A stretch of DNA of 64,000 nucleotides, taken from positions 457-64,456 of the forward strand of contig DATCDC010000027.1 of the NCBI GenBank assembly GCA_036510915.1, read 5' to 3'. This document shows, piece after piece, positions 1-7,276 of the stretch; within the stretch, counting starts at the first letter, position 1, and the number at the start of each line of letters is the position of its first letter. The notes beneath the pieces are model-generated. The model saw nothing but the letters and a program-made list of their open reading frames with translations. It had not been told where the DNA came from and did no database searches. Source of the DNA: Solirubrobacteraceae bacterium. Lineage in GTDB: Bacteria > Actinomycetota > Thermoleophilia > Solirubrobacterales > Solirubrobacteraceae. A program made the translations under genes and the position numbers.

Positions 1-711
1 GGTCAGGACGTTGCGGCGGCGGATCGTGAAGCTGCGCTCCCCGCTCGCGCGATCCATGCGGGTGCCGAGCAGATCCTCGGCGTCGAGTTGCAGGCCGAGG
101 ACAGCGAGCCGTGCTCGGACCTGGGTGTCCATGCCATGCTCGCCGAAGACGACGTCGGGCGCAGGCGGCGGCGCGGGCGGTGAGCGTCCCGGCCGCACCA
201 GCCACCCGTTGCGCCCGCCGGTCGGCACGACCGCGGCGATCCGGCGCAGCAGCTCCTCGGCAGCGGCCGGGCCGCGCAGGTGCCACACGCGCCCCTGACC
301 GAACCGGCCCTCGGCGCTCCCGCCGAGCGTGACGCCGATGGAGTGCTCACCGAACCCGAGCTCGGCGCCGATGCTCGCCTCCAGCCCCGCCGCCCCGCCG
401 TTGATCAGCGTCACGACCTCCGAGCCGTCCGAGCGGCGCTCGCGCACGACCGTGCGCCCCCCGGAGAGCCGCACGAGGGCGAGCCGCACGCTGAGCTGGT
501 CACTGGTCGAGCGCGAGGCGACGACGCACGGCGCGCGGTCACGGTCGCAGTCCCCCGCGCCGACCACGCAGATCGCACGCGCGAACTGGGCGGCGATGAT
601 CTCGGCCAGGCCGGCCGCCGAGACCGCCGCGGCGCCGGCGGCCAGCACGACGAGCGCCAGCAGGACCAGCGCGACGTACTCCAGCGTGGACTGACCGCTC
701 CGGGTGCGCAC
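1..711 (-). CDS. TadE/Flp-pseudopilin-like membrane-anchored protein, partial (3' end outside window)
   Basis: My own translation of the minus frame that ends at nt 1; it is absent from the ORF track because there is no stop in the window. GTG at 711 (alternative GTG at 747) is followed by VRTRSGQSTLEYVALVLLALVVLAAGAAAV, a G-x4-EY Tad-type prepilin-like N-terminus plus a hydrophobic helix. The next 237 codons are stop-free. Confidence 0.5.
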   Translation of the reverse strand, partial: MRTRSGQSTLEYVALVLLALVVLAAGAAAVSAAGLAEIIAAQFARAICVVGAGDCDRDRAPCVVASRSTSDQLSVRLALVRLSGGRTVVRERRSDGSEVVTLINGGAAGLEASIGAELGFGEHSIGVTLGGSAEGRFGQGRVWHLRGPAAAEELLRRIAAVVPTGGRNGWLVRPGRSPPAPPPAPDVVFGEHGMDTQVRARLAVLGLQLDAEDLLGTRMDRASGERSFTIRRRNVLT

Positions 712-775
712 GCGTCGACCCTCGCGCCGATCCGGTGACGGCGCCACGACACGGGTGCGACGCGACGGCGCACGA

Positions 776-1021
776 TCAGCGGTGGCGGAACCACGATCCG
801 GCCTCCAGGTCGCGGAACACGACGAGGTCGCGTCCGTCGATCGTCACGACCTCCCAGTAGCGCCGGCGCAGCGGCGTGCCCGTCCACCAGCGGTCCTCGA
901 TCAGCCACGACTCGCGCACGGCGACGACCTCGTGCCCGTCGACGTCGATCGGCCGCCCGCCGCGGCCGGCGAGCACCTGCGCAGAGCGCGGGACGGCCAG
1001 GCGGCGGGCCCCCGGCGTCAT
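776..1021 (-). CDS. small conserved-looking hypothetical protein (81 aa) coupled to the imuB-like gene
   Basis: ATGA start/stop overlap with the upstream gene at 1018-1021. Trp/Arg-rich core IEDRWWTGTPLRRRYWEVVTIDG. I cannot name a family with certainty. Confidence 0.6.
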   Translation of the reverse strand: MTPGARRLAVPRSAQVLAGRGGRPIDVDGHEVVAVRESWLIEDRWWTGTPLRRRYWEVVTIDGRDLVVFRDLEAGSWFRHR

Positions 1022-2202
1022 CCCTCGCCCCCTTCGAACGGCGTCAGCACGGCGCGGCGCTCGGGCACCCGCGAGTCGGGGTCCACCGCCAGGACGCGCA
1101 GCGCGGCGTCGGGCCCGGCGGCGGCGCGCGCCTGGCCGACCGCCTCGCGCAGGCGCAGCGCGCGCTGGGCGCGCTTGTCGTCGAACAGGGCGCGGCCGGG
1201 CGCGGCCGGGGGCCCGAGCCGCTCCGCGGCCAGGCGCAGCGACTCGGCGGGAGCAGGGAGCAGCGCGAGGCGCGAGGTCAGCGCGAGCCGCATCCGCAGC
1301 GGGTCGGCGAGCGGCTCGCGGAAGACGACGCGCTCACGCCACGTCCCCCCTTCGACGAGCACCGCGGAGAGGACCGCCGCGCGCAGCGTCCGCCCGCGTC
1401 GCTCGCGGCGCGCCAGCAGACGATCGATCAGCAGCCCGAGCGCGCGCTCGAGCTGCTGGCCCGAAGCGGACTCCTCGAGGTCGAGCGTCTCCTCGAGCAG
1501 CTCGCCGGGCACGCGCGGGCGCAGCGGCGCGTCACGGCCGCGGGCGAGGTCGTGGGCCTCGAGCCCGGCGGGGCCGAAGCGGTCGGCGACGGCGGCGCGC
1601 GGCAGGGCGGCGAGCTGCCCGAGCGTGACGATGCCCAGGCGCTCGAGCGCCGTCGGCAGCGCCGCCGTCCCCGGCCGGCGGCGCAGGAGGGCGACCGGCT
1701 CGCTCGCCAGGCCCTCGGCGCCGGCGATGACGTGGGCGCTGCGCGTGCGGGCGCGCGTGGCGGCGGCCAGCGCGCAGAAGCGCGAGGGTCCGGCGCCGAT
1801 CCGCGCGGGGGTCCGCAGCGCGCCGCGGACGGCCTGCACGACCCCGTCGAGCGAGCCGCCGTGCAGGCGCCCCAGCCCGCGCGCCTCGAAGCACGCGACG
1901 CCGGGCTGCTCGCTCTCGACCGCCGCGCCGACGGCCTCCAGGCGCGCCAGCACGCGCTCCCAGGCGTCCGCAACGCCCACCGGGTCGGGCGGCGTGAGGG
2001 CCAGACGGGGAGCGCGCGCGAGCGCCTCTCCCAGCCGCATCCCCGGATGGATCCCGAGCGCCTCGGCCGCCTGCGAGACCTCGCCGACGACCTGCCGGCG
2101 CCCGGGCTCGGGAGCGAGCGCCATCGGCCCCTGGGCGAGCGCCTCCCGCCCGCCTGCGGCGACGACGAGCTCGAAGCGTGGCAGGAGAACGCAGACGATC
2201 AT
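1018..2202 (-). CDS. imuB: ImuB-like Y-family DNA polymerase homolog, probably catalytically inactive
   Basis: 394 aa with Y-family-like sequence (GIHPGMRLGEA and others). The N-terminus MIVCVLLPRFEL lacks the acidic DxD catalytic motif of DinB, as in ImuB. A LexA box lies 4 nt upstream. The track ORF starts at GTG 2214 inside the box; ATG 2202 is preferred. Confidence 0.75.
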   Translation of the reverse strand: MIVCVLLPRFELVVAAGGREALAQGPMALAPEPGRRQVVGEVSQAAEALGIHPGMRLGEALARAPRLALTPPDPVGVADAWERVLARLEAVGAAVESEQPGVACFEARGLGRLHGGSLDGVVQAVRGALRTPARIGAGPSRFCALAAATRARTRSAHVIAGAEGLASEPVALLRRRPGTAALPTALERLGIVTLGQLAALPRAAVADRFGPAGLEAHDLARGRDAPLRPRVPGELLEETLDLEESASGQQLERALGLLIDRLLARRERRGRTLRAAVLSAVLVEGGTWRERVVFREPLADPLRMRLALTSRLALLPAPAESLRLAAERLGPPAAPGRALFDDKRAQRALRLREAVGQARAAAGPDAALRVLAVDPDSRVPERRAVLTPFEGGEG

Positions 2203-2206
2203 CGAA

Positions 2207-2221
2207 TCGAACACATGTTCG
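2207..2221. promoter_or_regulatory. LexA (SOS) box TCGAACACATGTTCG
   Basis: Palindrome TCGAAC-N4-GTTCG between the divergent imuB-like gene and the PEP-mutase-family gene. Nearly identical, including the CGAA prefix, to the box upstream of lexA at 5491-5505. Confidence 0.75.
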
Positions 2222-2265
2222 CATCAGGGGTATCCGTGTGCAAGGGTCCGTGCGAGGATGGCGTG

Positions 2266-3033
2266 GTGACCGACGCCGCCGCCAGCCTGCGCAGCCTCCT
2301 CGTCCCCGGCGACCCGCTGCTGCTCGTCAACGCCTGGGATGCCGCGAGCGCGCGCCGCTTCGCCGAGCTCGGCGCACGGGCGATCGCGACGACGAGCGGC
2401 GGCGTGGCGCGCGCGCTCGGCTTCGACGACGGCCAGAACACGCCGGTCGACGAGATGCTCGAGGCCGTCGAGCGCATCACGGCCGTCGTCGACGTGCCCG
2501 TGACCGCGGACATGGAGGCCGGCTACGACCTGCCGGCCGGCGAGCTCGCCGAGCGCCTGCTCGCCACCGGCGCCGCCGGCCTGAACTTCGAGGACAGCGA
2601 CCACGCCCATCCGGGGACGCTCGTCCCGGCCGAGGACCATGCCGAGCGCATCGCGGTGCTCGCGCAGGCCGGCCTCGTCGTCAACGCGCGCATCGACGTG
2701 CACCTGAACGGCGTCGGCGCACCCGAGGCGCGCCTCGACGAGGCGCTGCGCCGCGCCGCCCTGTACCTCGAGGCCGGCGCGGACTGCGTCTTCCCGATCC
2801 TGCTCGACGATCCGGTGGATCTCGGCGCGTTCGTCGCCGCCGCCGGCGGCCCGGTCAACGCGCTGCTCTACGCCGGCAGCCCGCCGCTCGCGCGCCTGCG
2901 CGAGCTCGGCGTCGCGCGCGTGAGCGTCGGCTCGGGGCTGGCCAGCGCCGCGCTCGACCACGCCGCCGGCATCGCCCGCGCACTGCTCGGCGGCGACGAC
3001 GAGCCGCTGCGCCGCGCGGACGGCGAGCTGTAG
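2266..3033 (+). CDS. isocitrate lyase / PEP mutase family protein
   Basis: Real part of track ORF 1552..3033: LLLVNAWDAASARRFAELGARAIATTSGGVA...VPVTADMEAGY...AAGLNFEDS. The start is uncertain (GTG 2263/2266 or ATG 2215). Confidence 0.8.
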   Translation: MTDAAASLRSLLVPGDPLLLVNAWDAASARRFAELGARAIATTSGGVARALGFDDGQNTPVDEMLEAVERITAVVDVPVTADMEAGYDLPAGELAERLLATGAAGLNFEDSDHAHPGTLVPAEDHAERIAVLAQAGLVVNARIDVHLNGVGAPEARLDEALRRAALYLEAGADCVFPILLDDPVDLGAFVAAAGGPVNALLYAGSPPLARLRELGVARVSVGSGLASAALDHAAGIARALLGGDDEPLRRADGEL

Positions 3034-3036
3034 CGC

Positions 3037-3681
3037 GTGGCTGCGCCGCCGACGCGGCCGGCCGCCTCGGCGCTGCGCGAGGCGACGTGGCGTCCCTCGC
3101 CTCCCCAGCTCATCCGCCTGCTCGCCGGCCTGGCGCTGTTCGGGTTCGGCGAGGCGCTGCTCGTCCTCTCGAAGCTCGGGAACTCGCCGTGGACCGTGCT
3201 CGCCTCGGGCGTCTCGAAGCAGACCGGACTGGCGATCGGCACGGCGACGATCCTCATCAGCGTGATCGTCCTACTGATCTGGATCCCGCTGCGCGAGCGC
3301 CCGGGCTTCGGGACGGTCGCCAACGCGATCCTCGTCGGGCTGGCGATCGACGCCACGCTCGGCGTGCTCGCGCCGCCGTCGGCGCTCGCCGCTCGCGTGC
3401 TGCTCGTCGGCGCGGGCATCGGCATCGTCGGCCTGGGCAGCGGGCTCTACATCAACGCCGCGCTCGGGCGCGGCCCGCGCGATGGGCTCATGACCGCGAT
3501 CCACCATCGCACCAGCCGGCCGATCGCGCTCGTGCGGACCGTGATCGAGGTCGGCGTCCTGGTCGCGGGGATCGCGCTCGGCGGGCTCTTCGGCCCGGCG
3601 ACGATCGCCTTCGCGCTGCTGATCGGGCCGTCGGTCCATCTGGCGCTGCACCTGCTGCCGGCGTCCTCGCGCACGGCCTGA
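3037..3681 (+). CDS. YczE/YitT-like integral membrane protein
   Basis: 214 aa, multi-TM, with GFGEALLVLSKLGNSPWTVLASG and a GRGPRDGLM motif. Only 3 nt separate it from the upstream gene. Confidence 0.65.
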   Translation: MAAPPTRPAASALREATWRPSPPQLIRLLAGLALFGFGEALLVLSKLGNSPWTVLASGVSKQTGLAIGTATILISVIVLLIWIPLRERPGFGTVANAILVGLAIDATLGVLAPPSALAARVLLVGAGIGIVGLGSGLYINAALGRGPRDGLMTAIHHRTSRPIALVRTVIEVGVLVAGIALGGLFGPATIAFALLIGPSVHLALHLLPASSRTA

Positions 3682-3697
3682 GAGCGCCGCCGGCGTC

Positions 3698-4111
3698 CTA
3701 CTCCGGGGTGCTGAACATCCTGGCCAGGCGCATCGCCACGCCCCAGTCGCCCGAGAGGTCGAGCCGGCCCGCGAGCAGCGCGCTCGCCGGACCGAACTCG
3801 CCGGCGGCCATCCGGACGACGTCGGCGACGTCCGAGGAGATCGTGACCGCGGGCGTCGTCGCGGGCCCGCGGCGGCAGACCGCGCGATCCTCCTCGACGG
3901 CGATCGTCCACGTGTTCACGCGACCGTCGGTGCGGCGCAGGTCGAACTGCAACTCGCCGTTGAAGCCGCGTGCCCCGCTCGGATCGAAGCGCCGGGCCAG
4001 CTGCGCGAAGACGAGCCCCTGCGCGCGGCGCGAGCCGGCCAGGCGGTCGAGTCGGCGGTCGTCCGAGTGGACGACGAAGGACTCGAAGAGGCTCTGGATG
4101 CGGGCGCGCAT
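3698..4111 (-). CDS. SCP2 sterol-binding domain protein
   Basis: C-terminus VVRMAAGEFGPASALLAGRLDLSGDWGVAMRLARMF. The track ORF 3698..4216 was trimmed to ATG 4111 because its N-terminal extension overlaps rnpB and its hairpin. Confidence 0.7.
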   Translation of the reverse strand: MRARIQSLFESFVVHSDDRRLDRLAGSRRAQGLVFAQLARRFDPSGARGFNGELQFDLRRTDGRVNTWTIAVEEDRAVCRRGPATTPAVTISSDVADVVRMAAGEFGPASALLAGRLDLSGDWGVAMRLARMFSTPE

Positions 4112-4147
4112 GCGACGGCGGAGGGTACGCGCCCACGCGCGCACGTA

Positions 4148-4175
4148 GGACGGGCCCCCTTGCGGAGGCCCGTCC
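4148..4175 (-). terminator. 9-bp GC hairpin just 3' of rnpB
   Basis: GGACGGGCC / GGCCCGTCC stem with a 10-nt loop. There is no U-tract, so its terminator function is uncertain. Confidence 0.4.
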
Positions 4176-4177
4176 CG

Positions 4178-4520
4178 TAGCACGCCTGTAAGCCGGATTC
4201 TGTCGTGGACAGCCATCCATCTGTGCGACCTACCTGGACCTCGGCGGGCAGCCTGCGAACGGTCCTGCTTGGTCTTGCATCCGGTGGGGTTTGCCTGGCC
4301 GCCGTGTCACCACGACGCCGGTGCGCTCTTACCGCACCTTTTCACCCTTGCCTGTGCGCGGATGGGCGGACGTCCAGCCCACCCACGCCATCGGCGGTGT
4401 GTTTCTGTGGCACTTTCCCGCGGGTTTCCCCGGGTCGGTCTCCCGACCACCGCGCCCTGCGATGTCCGGACTTTCCTCGAAGGGATGTCTCTCCCTCCGC
4501 GGCTGTCCAGCGTGCATCAG
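4178..4520 (-). ncRNA. rnpB: RNase P RNA, bacterial type A
   Basis: Universal motifs on the minus strand: GAGGAAAGTCCGG (4466-4478), GGGTGAAAAGGTGCGGTAAGAGCGCACCG (about 4318-4347) and ACAGAATCCGGCTTACAGGCGTGC (about 4181-4204). P1 and P2 pairings are identifiable (GCACGCTGG/CAGGCGTGC, ACAGCC/GGCTGT). The ends are accurate to about 5 nt. Confidence 0.88.
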
Positions 4521-4555
4521 GGAGCGTACCGCTGCGACGCCGGATGCGGAACCCG

Positions 4556-4834
4556 TCAGGACAGCTTTGCTCCGCAACTCGTGCAACCGCCACCGACAGG
4601 CCGCGACCCGTGTCCGTGGCGGGGCGTCATCGCCCCACCGCAGACCGGGCACGCGGCCGTCCGGTCGGAGCGGAGGCCCTCCCATACGCCGACGAGGAGC
4701 TCGTCGAGCGTGAGCCTGCCGCGGTCGTCGAGCTGCGGAAGCACGCGCTGGTCGCCGGGGTCGACGAGGTCGCGGTGATCCAGCTCGAAGCTGAAGGTCG
4801 TCTCGCGCCTGAAGAGCGTCGTAGCGCCAGCCAT
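4556..4834 (-). CDS. small zinc-ribbon protein (92 aa) translationally coupled to lexA
   Basis: TGATG stop/start overlap with lexA at 4832-4836. High GC3 in frame. C-terminus CPVCG-x18-CTSCG (CxxC-x18-CxxC). Confidence 0.55.
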   Translation of the reverse strand: MAGATTLFRRETTFSFELDHRDLVDPGDQRVLPQLDDRGRLTLDELLVGVWEGLRSDRTAACPVCGGAMTPRHGHGSRPVGGGCTSCGAKLS

Positions 4835-5469
4835 CAGGACACGCTCCGGAAGAGCCCGACGACGCGGCCCAGGACGCGAACGTCCTTCGAGCGGATCGGC
4901 TCCATCGTGCGGTTCTCCGGCTGCAGGCGGACGTGGTCGTGTTCGCGGAAGAAGCGCTTGACCGTCGCCTCCTCGCCCACGAGCGCGACGATGATCTCGC
5001 CGTCGGTCGCCGTCTCCTGGGGGCGCACCACGACGTAGTCGCCCTCGAGGATCCCGGCGTCGACCATCGAGTCGCCGCGTACGCGCAGGACGTACTCGCC
5101 GTCCTCGCCGCCGGCGGCCTGCGGCACCTGGACGTACTCCTCGATGTTCTCCTCGGCGAGGATCGGCTGGCCGGCGGCGACGGCGCCGACGACGGGCAGC
5201 CCCGGGCTGACGACCTTGCCGATCGCCTCCTGCACGGCCGCGCCCGCCCCCCGCGTGGCGCGATCGAGCAGCTCGAGCGCGCGGGGCTTGGACGGATCAC
5301 GCCGCAGCAGCCCCAGCTTCTCGAGGTTCGCCAGGTGCGCATGCACCGTCGAGGACGACGTCAGCCCCACGGCCTTCCCGATGTCGCGCACGGTCGGCGG
5401 ATACCCGTACTTCGCCGAGTAGCTCTTGATGAAGTCGAAGATCTCCTGCTGGCGCTTCGTCAGATCCAT
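4834..5469 (-). CDS. lexA: LexA repressor
   Basis: MDLTKRQQEIFDFIKSY... wHTH domain, cleavage region VAAGQP, and S24 peptidase motifs GDSM and KRF. ATG 5469 is preferred over GTG 5481. An SOS box lies 22 nt upstream. Confidence 0.95.
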   Translation of the reverse strand: MDLTKRQQEIFDFIKSYSAKYGYPPTVRDIGKAVGLTSSSTVHAHLANLEKLGLLRRDPSKPRALELLDRATRGAGAAVQEAIGKVVSPGLPVVGAVAAGQPILAEENIEEYVQVPQAAGGEDGEYVLRVRGDSMVDAGILEGDYVVVRPQETATDGEIIVALVGEEATVKRFFREHDHVRLQPENRTMEPIRSKDVRVLGRVVGLFRSVS

Positions 5470-5490
5470 GGTGGCCCTCACCGGCTCGAA

Positions 5491-5505
5491 TCGAACATGT
5501 GTTCG
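5491..5505. promoter_or_regulatory. LexA (SOS) box TCGAACATGTGTTCG (lexA autoregulation)
   Basis: TCGAAC-N4-GTTCG palindrome directly upstream of lexA. Confidence 0.8.
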
Positions 5506-5649
5506 CTACGGTAGCGCGCCTGATGGACGGAACGCAAACGCGGGCGGGATCAGTCGTTTGCAGGGCGTCCCGGACGCCGTGAGGAGCCGCTCGGGAGCCG
5601 GAAGTCGCTGCTATCCTCGCCGTCCCCGCACGTCAGCGGGCCCGCTCTC

Positions 5650-5735
5650 GCGCCGATGGCGGAATTGGTAGACGCGCCAGGTTGAGGGCCTGGTGGGCTT
5701 CACGGCCCGTGGAGGTTCGAGTCCTCTTCGGCGCA
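5650..5735 (+). tRNA. tRNA-Leu (anticodon GAG)
   Basis: Manual cloverleaf: acceptor GCGCCGA/TCGGCGC, anticodon stem CCAGG/CCTGG with loop TTGAGGG, long variable arm, T-loop GGTTCGAGTCC. CCA is not encoded. Confidence 0.9.
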
Positions 5736-5752
5736 TGTGCGACGCACGGCAG

Positions 5753-5773
5753 CGGCCCCCGCTCAGGGGGCCG
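5753..5773 (+). terminator. hairpin after tRNA-Leu
   Basis: CGGCCCCC gctca GGGGGCCG, an 8-bp GC stem with a weak T-tail (tcgtcgtt). Confidence 0.4.
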
Positions 5774-5804
5774 TCGTCGTTCCCGGCCGACACGAAGAAA
5801 CGGC

Positions 5805-5917
5805 GAGGTCAGGCAACAGAAGCGTCAGGCAGGGCCAGACGCCCAACGAGCCGTCCACCACCAACCCGAGCGAGGGATCGTGGATGCATGAGGCGCCACG
5901 AGACCCGCGAGCAAGGC
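5805..5917 (+). repeat. copy A of a conserved structured intergenic element (candidate sRNA) of about 115 nt
   Basis: Aligns with 18598-18769: GAGkTCAGGCAmCAG..GCGTCAGGC..GACGCCCmAC.GAGCCGTCCACCACCAAsCCGAGC...GGATCGTGGATGC.TG.GCGCC..CGAGACCCGCGAGCArGC. Both copies follow a terminator hairpin on the plus strand. Confidence 0.6.
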
Positions 5918-6862
5918 TCAGACGGCGAGCTTGAGCGCGGTGCGCTGCTCGGCGAACTCGTCGCCGACCGCGCGCAGGACCTCGAGCATGGCGGCCCTGG
6001 CCGGCGAGGCCCAGGCGTCGGCGAGGGTCGCGGCGACGATGCGCCGGTGCGGAGCGCTCGCGCCGAGCGACCGCACGACGACGTCGTCGCGCACGGTCAC
6101 GAGCGCCAGGTCGGGGATCAGCGAGACGCCGACCCCGGCCGCGATGAAGCCCTGGATCGCGAGGTAGTCGTCGCTCTGGAAGGCGACGTTGGGCTCGAAG
6201 CCGGCCTTGGCGCACGCGCGCAGCAGGATCCGCGCGTCGGGGCACGTGCCCGAGTTGGAGCCCATGATCCACTCCTCGCCCGCAAGCTCCTCGAGGCGCA
6301 GCCGTCGGCGCCCGGCGAGCGGGTGGCCGCGCGGGAGCACGAGGAACATCGGGTCGTCGAGCAGCGCCATGCGCTCGAGGCCCTCGATCGCGGCGGCCGC
6401 ATGGTCGTCGGCGGTCTCGATCGTGAGCGCGACGTCGGCCTCGCCGGCCTTGACGAGCGCCATCCCGTCCCCGGGCTCGGCGGGTCGCAGGGTCAGCTCG
6501 ACGGCCGGGTGCGCGGCGCGGAAGCGCGCGATCGCAGGCGGCATCAGCGAGGAGGCGACGCTCGGGAAGGCGACGACGCGCAGGCGCCCGCCCCGCAGGC
6601 CGGCGATCGCCTCGAGCTCGGACTGCGCGTCGTCGAGGCGCGCGAGGATCGCATCCGTGTGGTCGACGAGCGCGCGGCCCGCATCGGTCAGCCGCACGCC
6701 GCGCGCCCCGCGCTCGACGAGCTTCGTGCCGGTCTCGCGCTCGAGCGCGGCCACCTGCTGGGAGATCGCGGACTGCGTGTAGGCCAGCGACTCGGCGGCG
6801 GCGGAGAACGAACCGCGGGCCGCGACCTCGCGCAGGACTCGCATGCGGCGGATGTCGAGCAT
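5918..6862 (-). CDS. LysR family transcriptional regulator
   Basis: N-terminal HTH MLDIRRMRVLREVAARGSFSAAAESLAYTQSAISQQVAALE plus a LysR substrate-binding domain. Confidence 0.9.
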   Translation of the reverse strand: MLDIRRMRVLREVAARGSFSAAAESLAYTQSAISQQVAALERETGTKLVERGARGVRLTDAGRALVDHTDAILARLDDAQSELEAIAGLRGGRLRVVAFPSVASSLMPPAIARFRAAHPAVELTLRPAEPGDGMALVKAGEADVALTIETADDHAAAAIEGLERMALLDDPMFLVLPRGHPLAGRRRLRLEELAGEEWIMGSNSGTCPDARILLRACAKAGFEPNVAFQSDDYLAIQGFIAAGVGVSLIPDLALVTVRDDVVVRSLGASAPHRRIVAATLADAWASPARAAMLEVLRAVGDEFAEQRTALKLAV

Positions 6863-6924
6863 CAGCGAAGCTTATACCCGGTGCGAGCTTCTGTCATTTG
6901 TGCTTCTAGGCCGTCGGTGGCACT

Positions 6925-7266
6925 GTGCCCGCCATGAGCACGTCACAGACCCCCACACTCCGCCGGCACGACGGCGAGACCGTCGTGCTGCGCCCCGCCC
7001 ACCAGGGCGACGCCGAGGCCCTGCGCCGCCTCGCGATCATCGACAGCGCCGAGCCGCTCGACGGCGACGTCCTCGTCGCCGAGCGCGACGGCGTGATCCT
7101 CGCCGCGCACGAAATGCACGGCCCGCGCGTCATCGCCGACCCGTTCGCCCCGACGGCCGACCTCGTCGATCTCCTGCAGGCGCGCATCGCGCTGCTGCGG
7201 CGCGCCGGCGTCCGCCGGCGCGCCCGCTTCGCGCGGCGCCGCACCCACCCCCTCGCCGCACGGTGA
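6925..7266 (+). CDS. small hypothetical protein divergent from the LysR gene
   Basis: 113 aa in the classic LysR-divergent position. Plausible composition in the first 85 aa, with an Arg-rich tail. No family recognised. Confidence 0.45.
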   Translation: MPAMSTSQTPTLRRHDGETVVLRPAHQGDAEALRRLAIIDSAEPLDGDVLVAERDGVILAAHEMHGPRVIADPFAPTADLVDLLQARIALLRRAGVRRRARFARRRTHPLAAR

Positions 7267-7276
7267 GCGGCGTCGT

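Noticed and set aside
704-4148. Very long ORFs in the track (704..2269 +, 1552..3033 N-terminal part, 2178..4148 +) and similar ones elsewhere (7130..8320 -, 18618..20147 -, 33762..35954 -, 50475..53522 +, 52033..53841 +).
   Set aside because: They are extremely Arg/Ala/Pro/Gly-rich with no motifs, and they lie antisense or out of frame to genes with clear family signatures. These are typical shadow ORFs of high-GC DNA.
5895-5935. Resemblance of GGCGCCACGAGACCCGCGAGCAAGGCTCAGACGGCG to the guanidine-III (ykkC-III) riboswitch (ACGAG / ACCCG / AGACGG motifs).
   Set aside because: The pseudoknot pairings cannot be drawn, and the 3' part is not conserved in copy B. The 3' part also overlaps the LysR gene's 3' end, and there is no downstream efflux gene.
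6863-6924. Possible LysR T-N11-A box in the LysR / small-ORF divergent region.
   Set aside because: I could not identify a convincing dyad by eye, so it is not reported as a feature.
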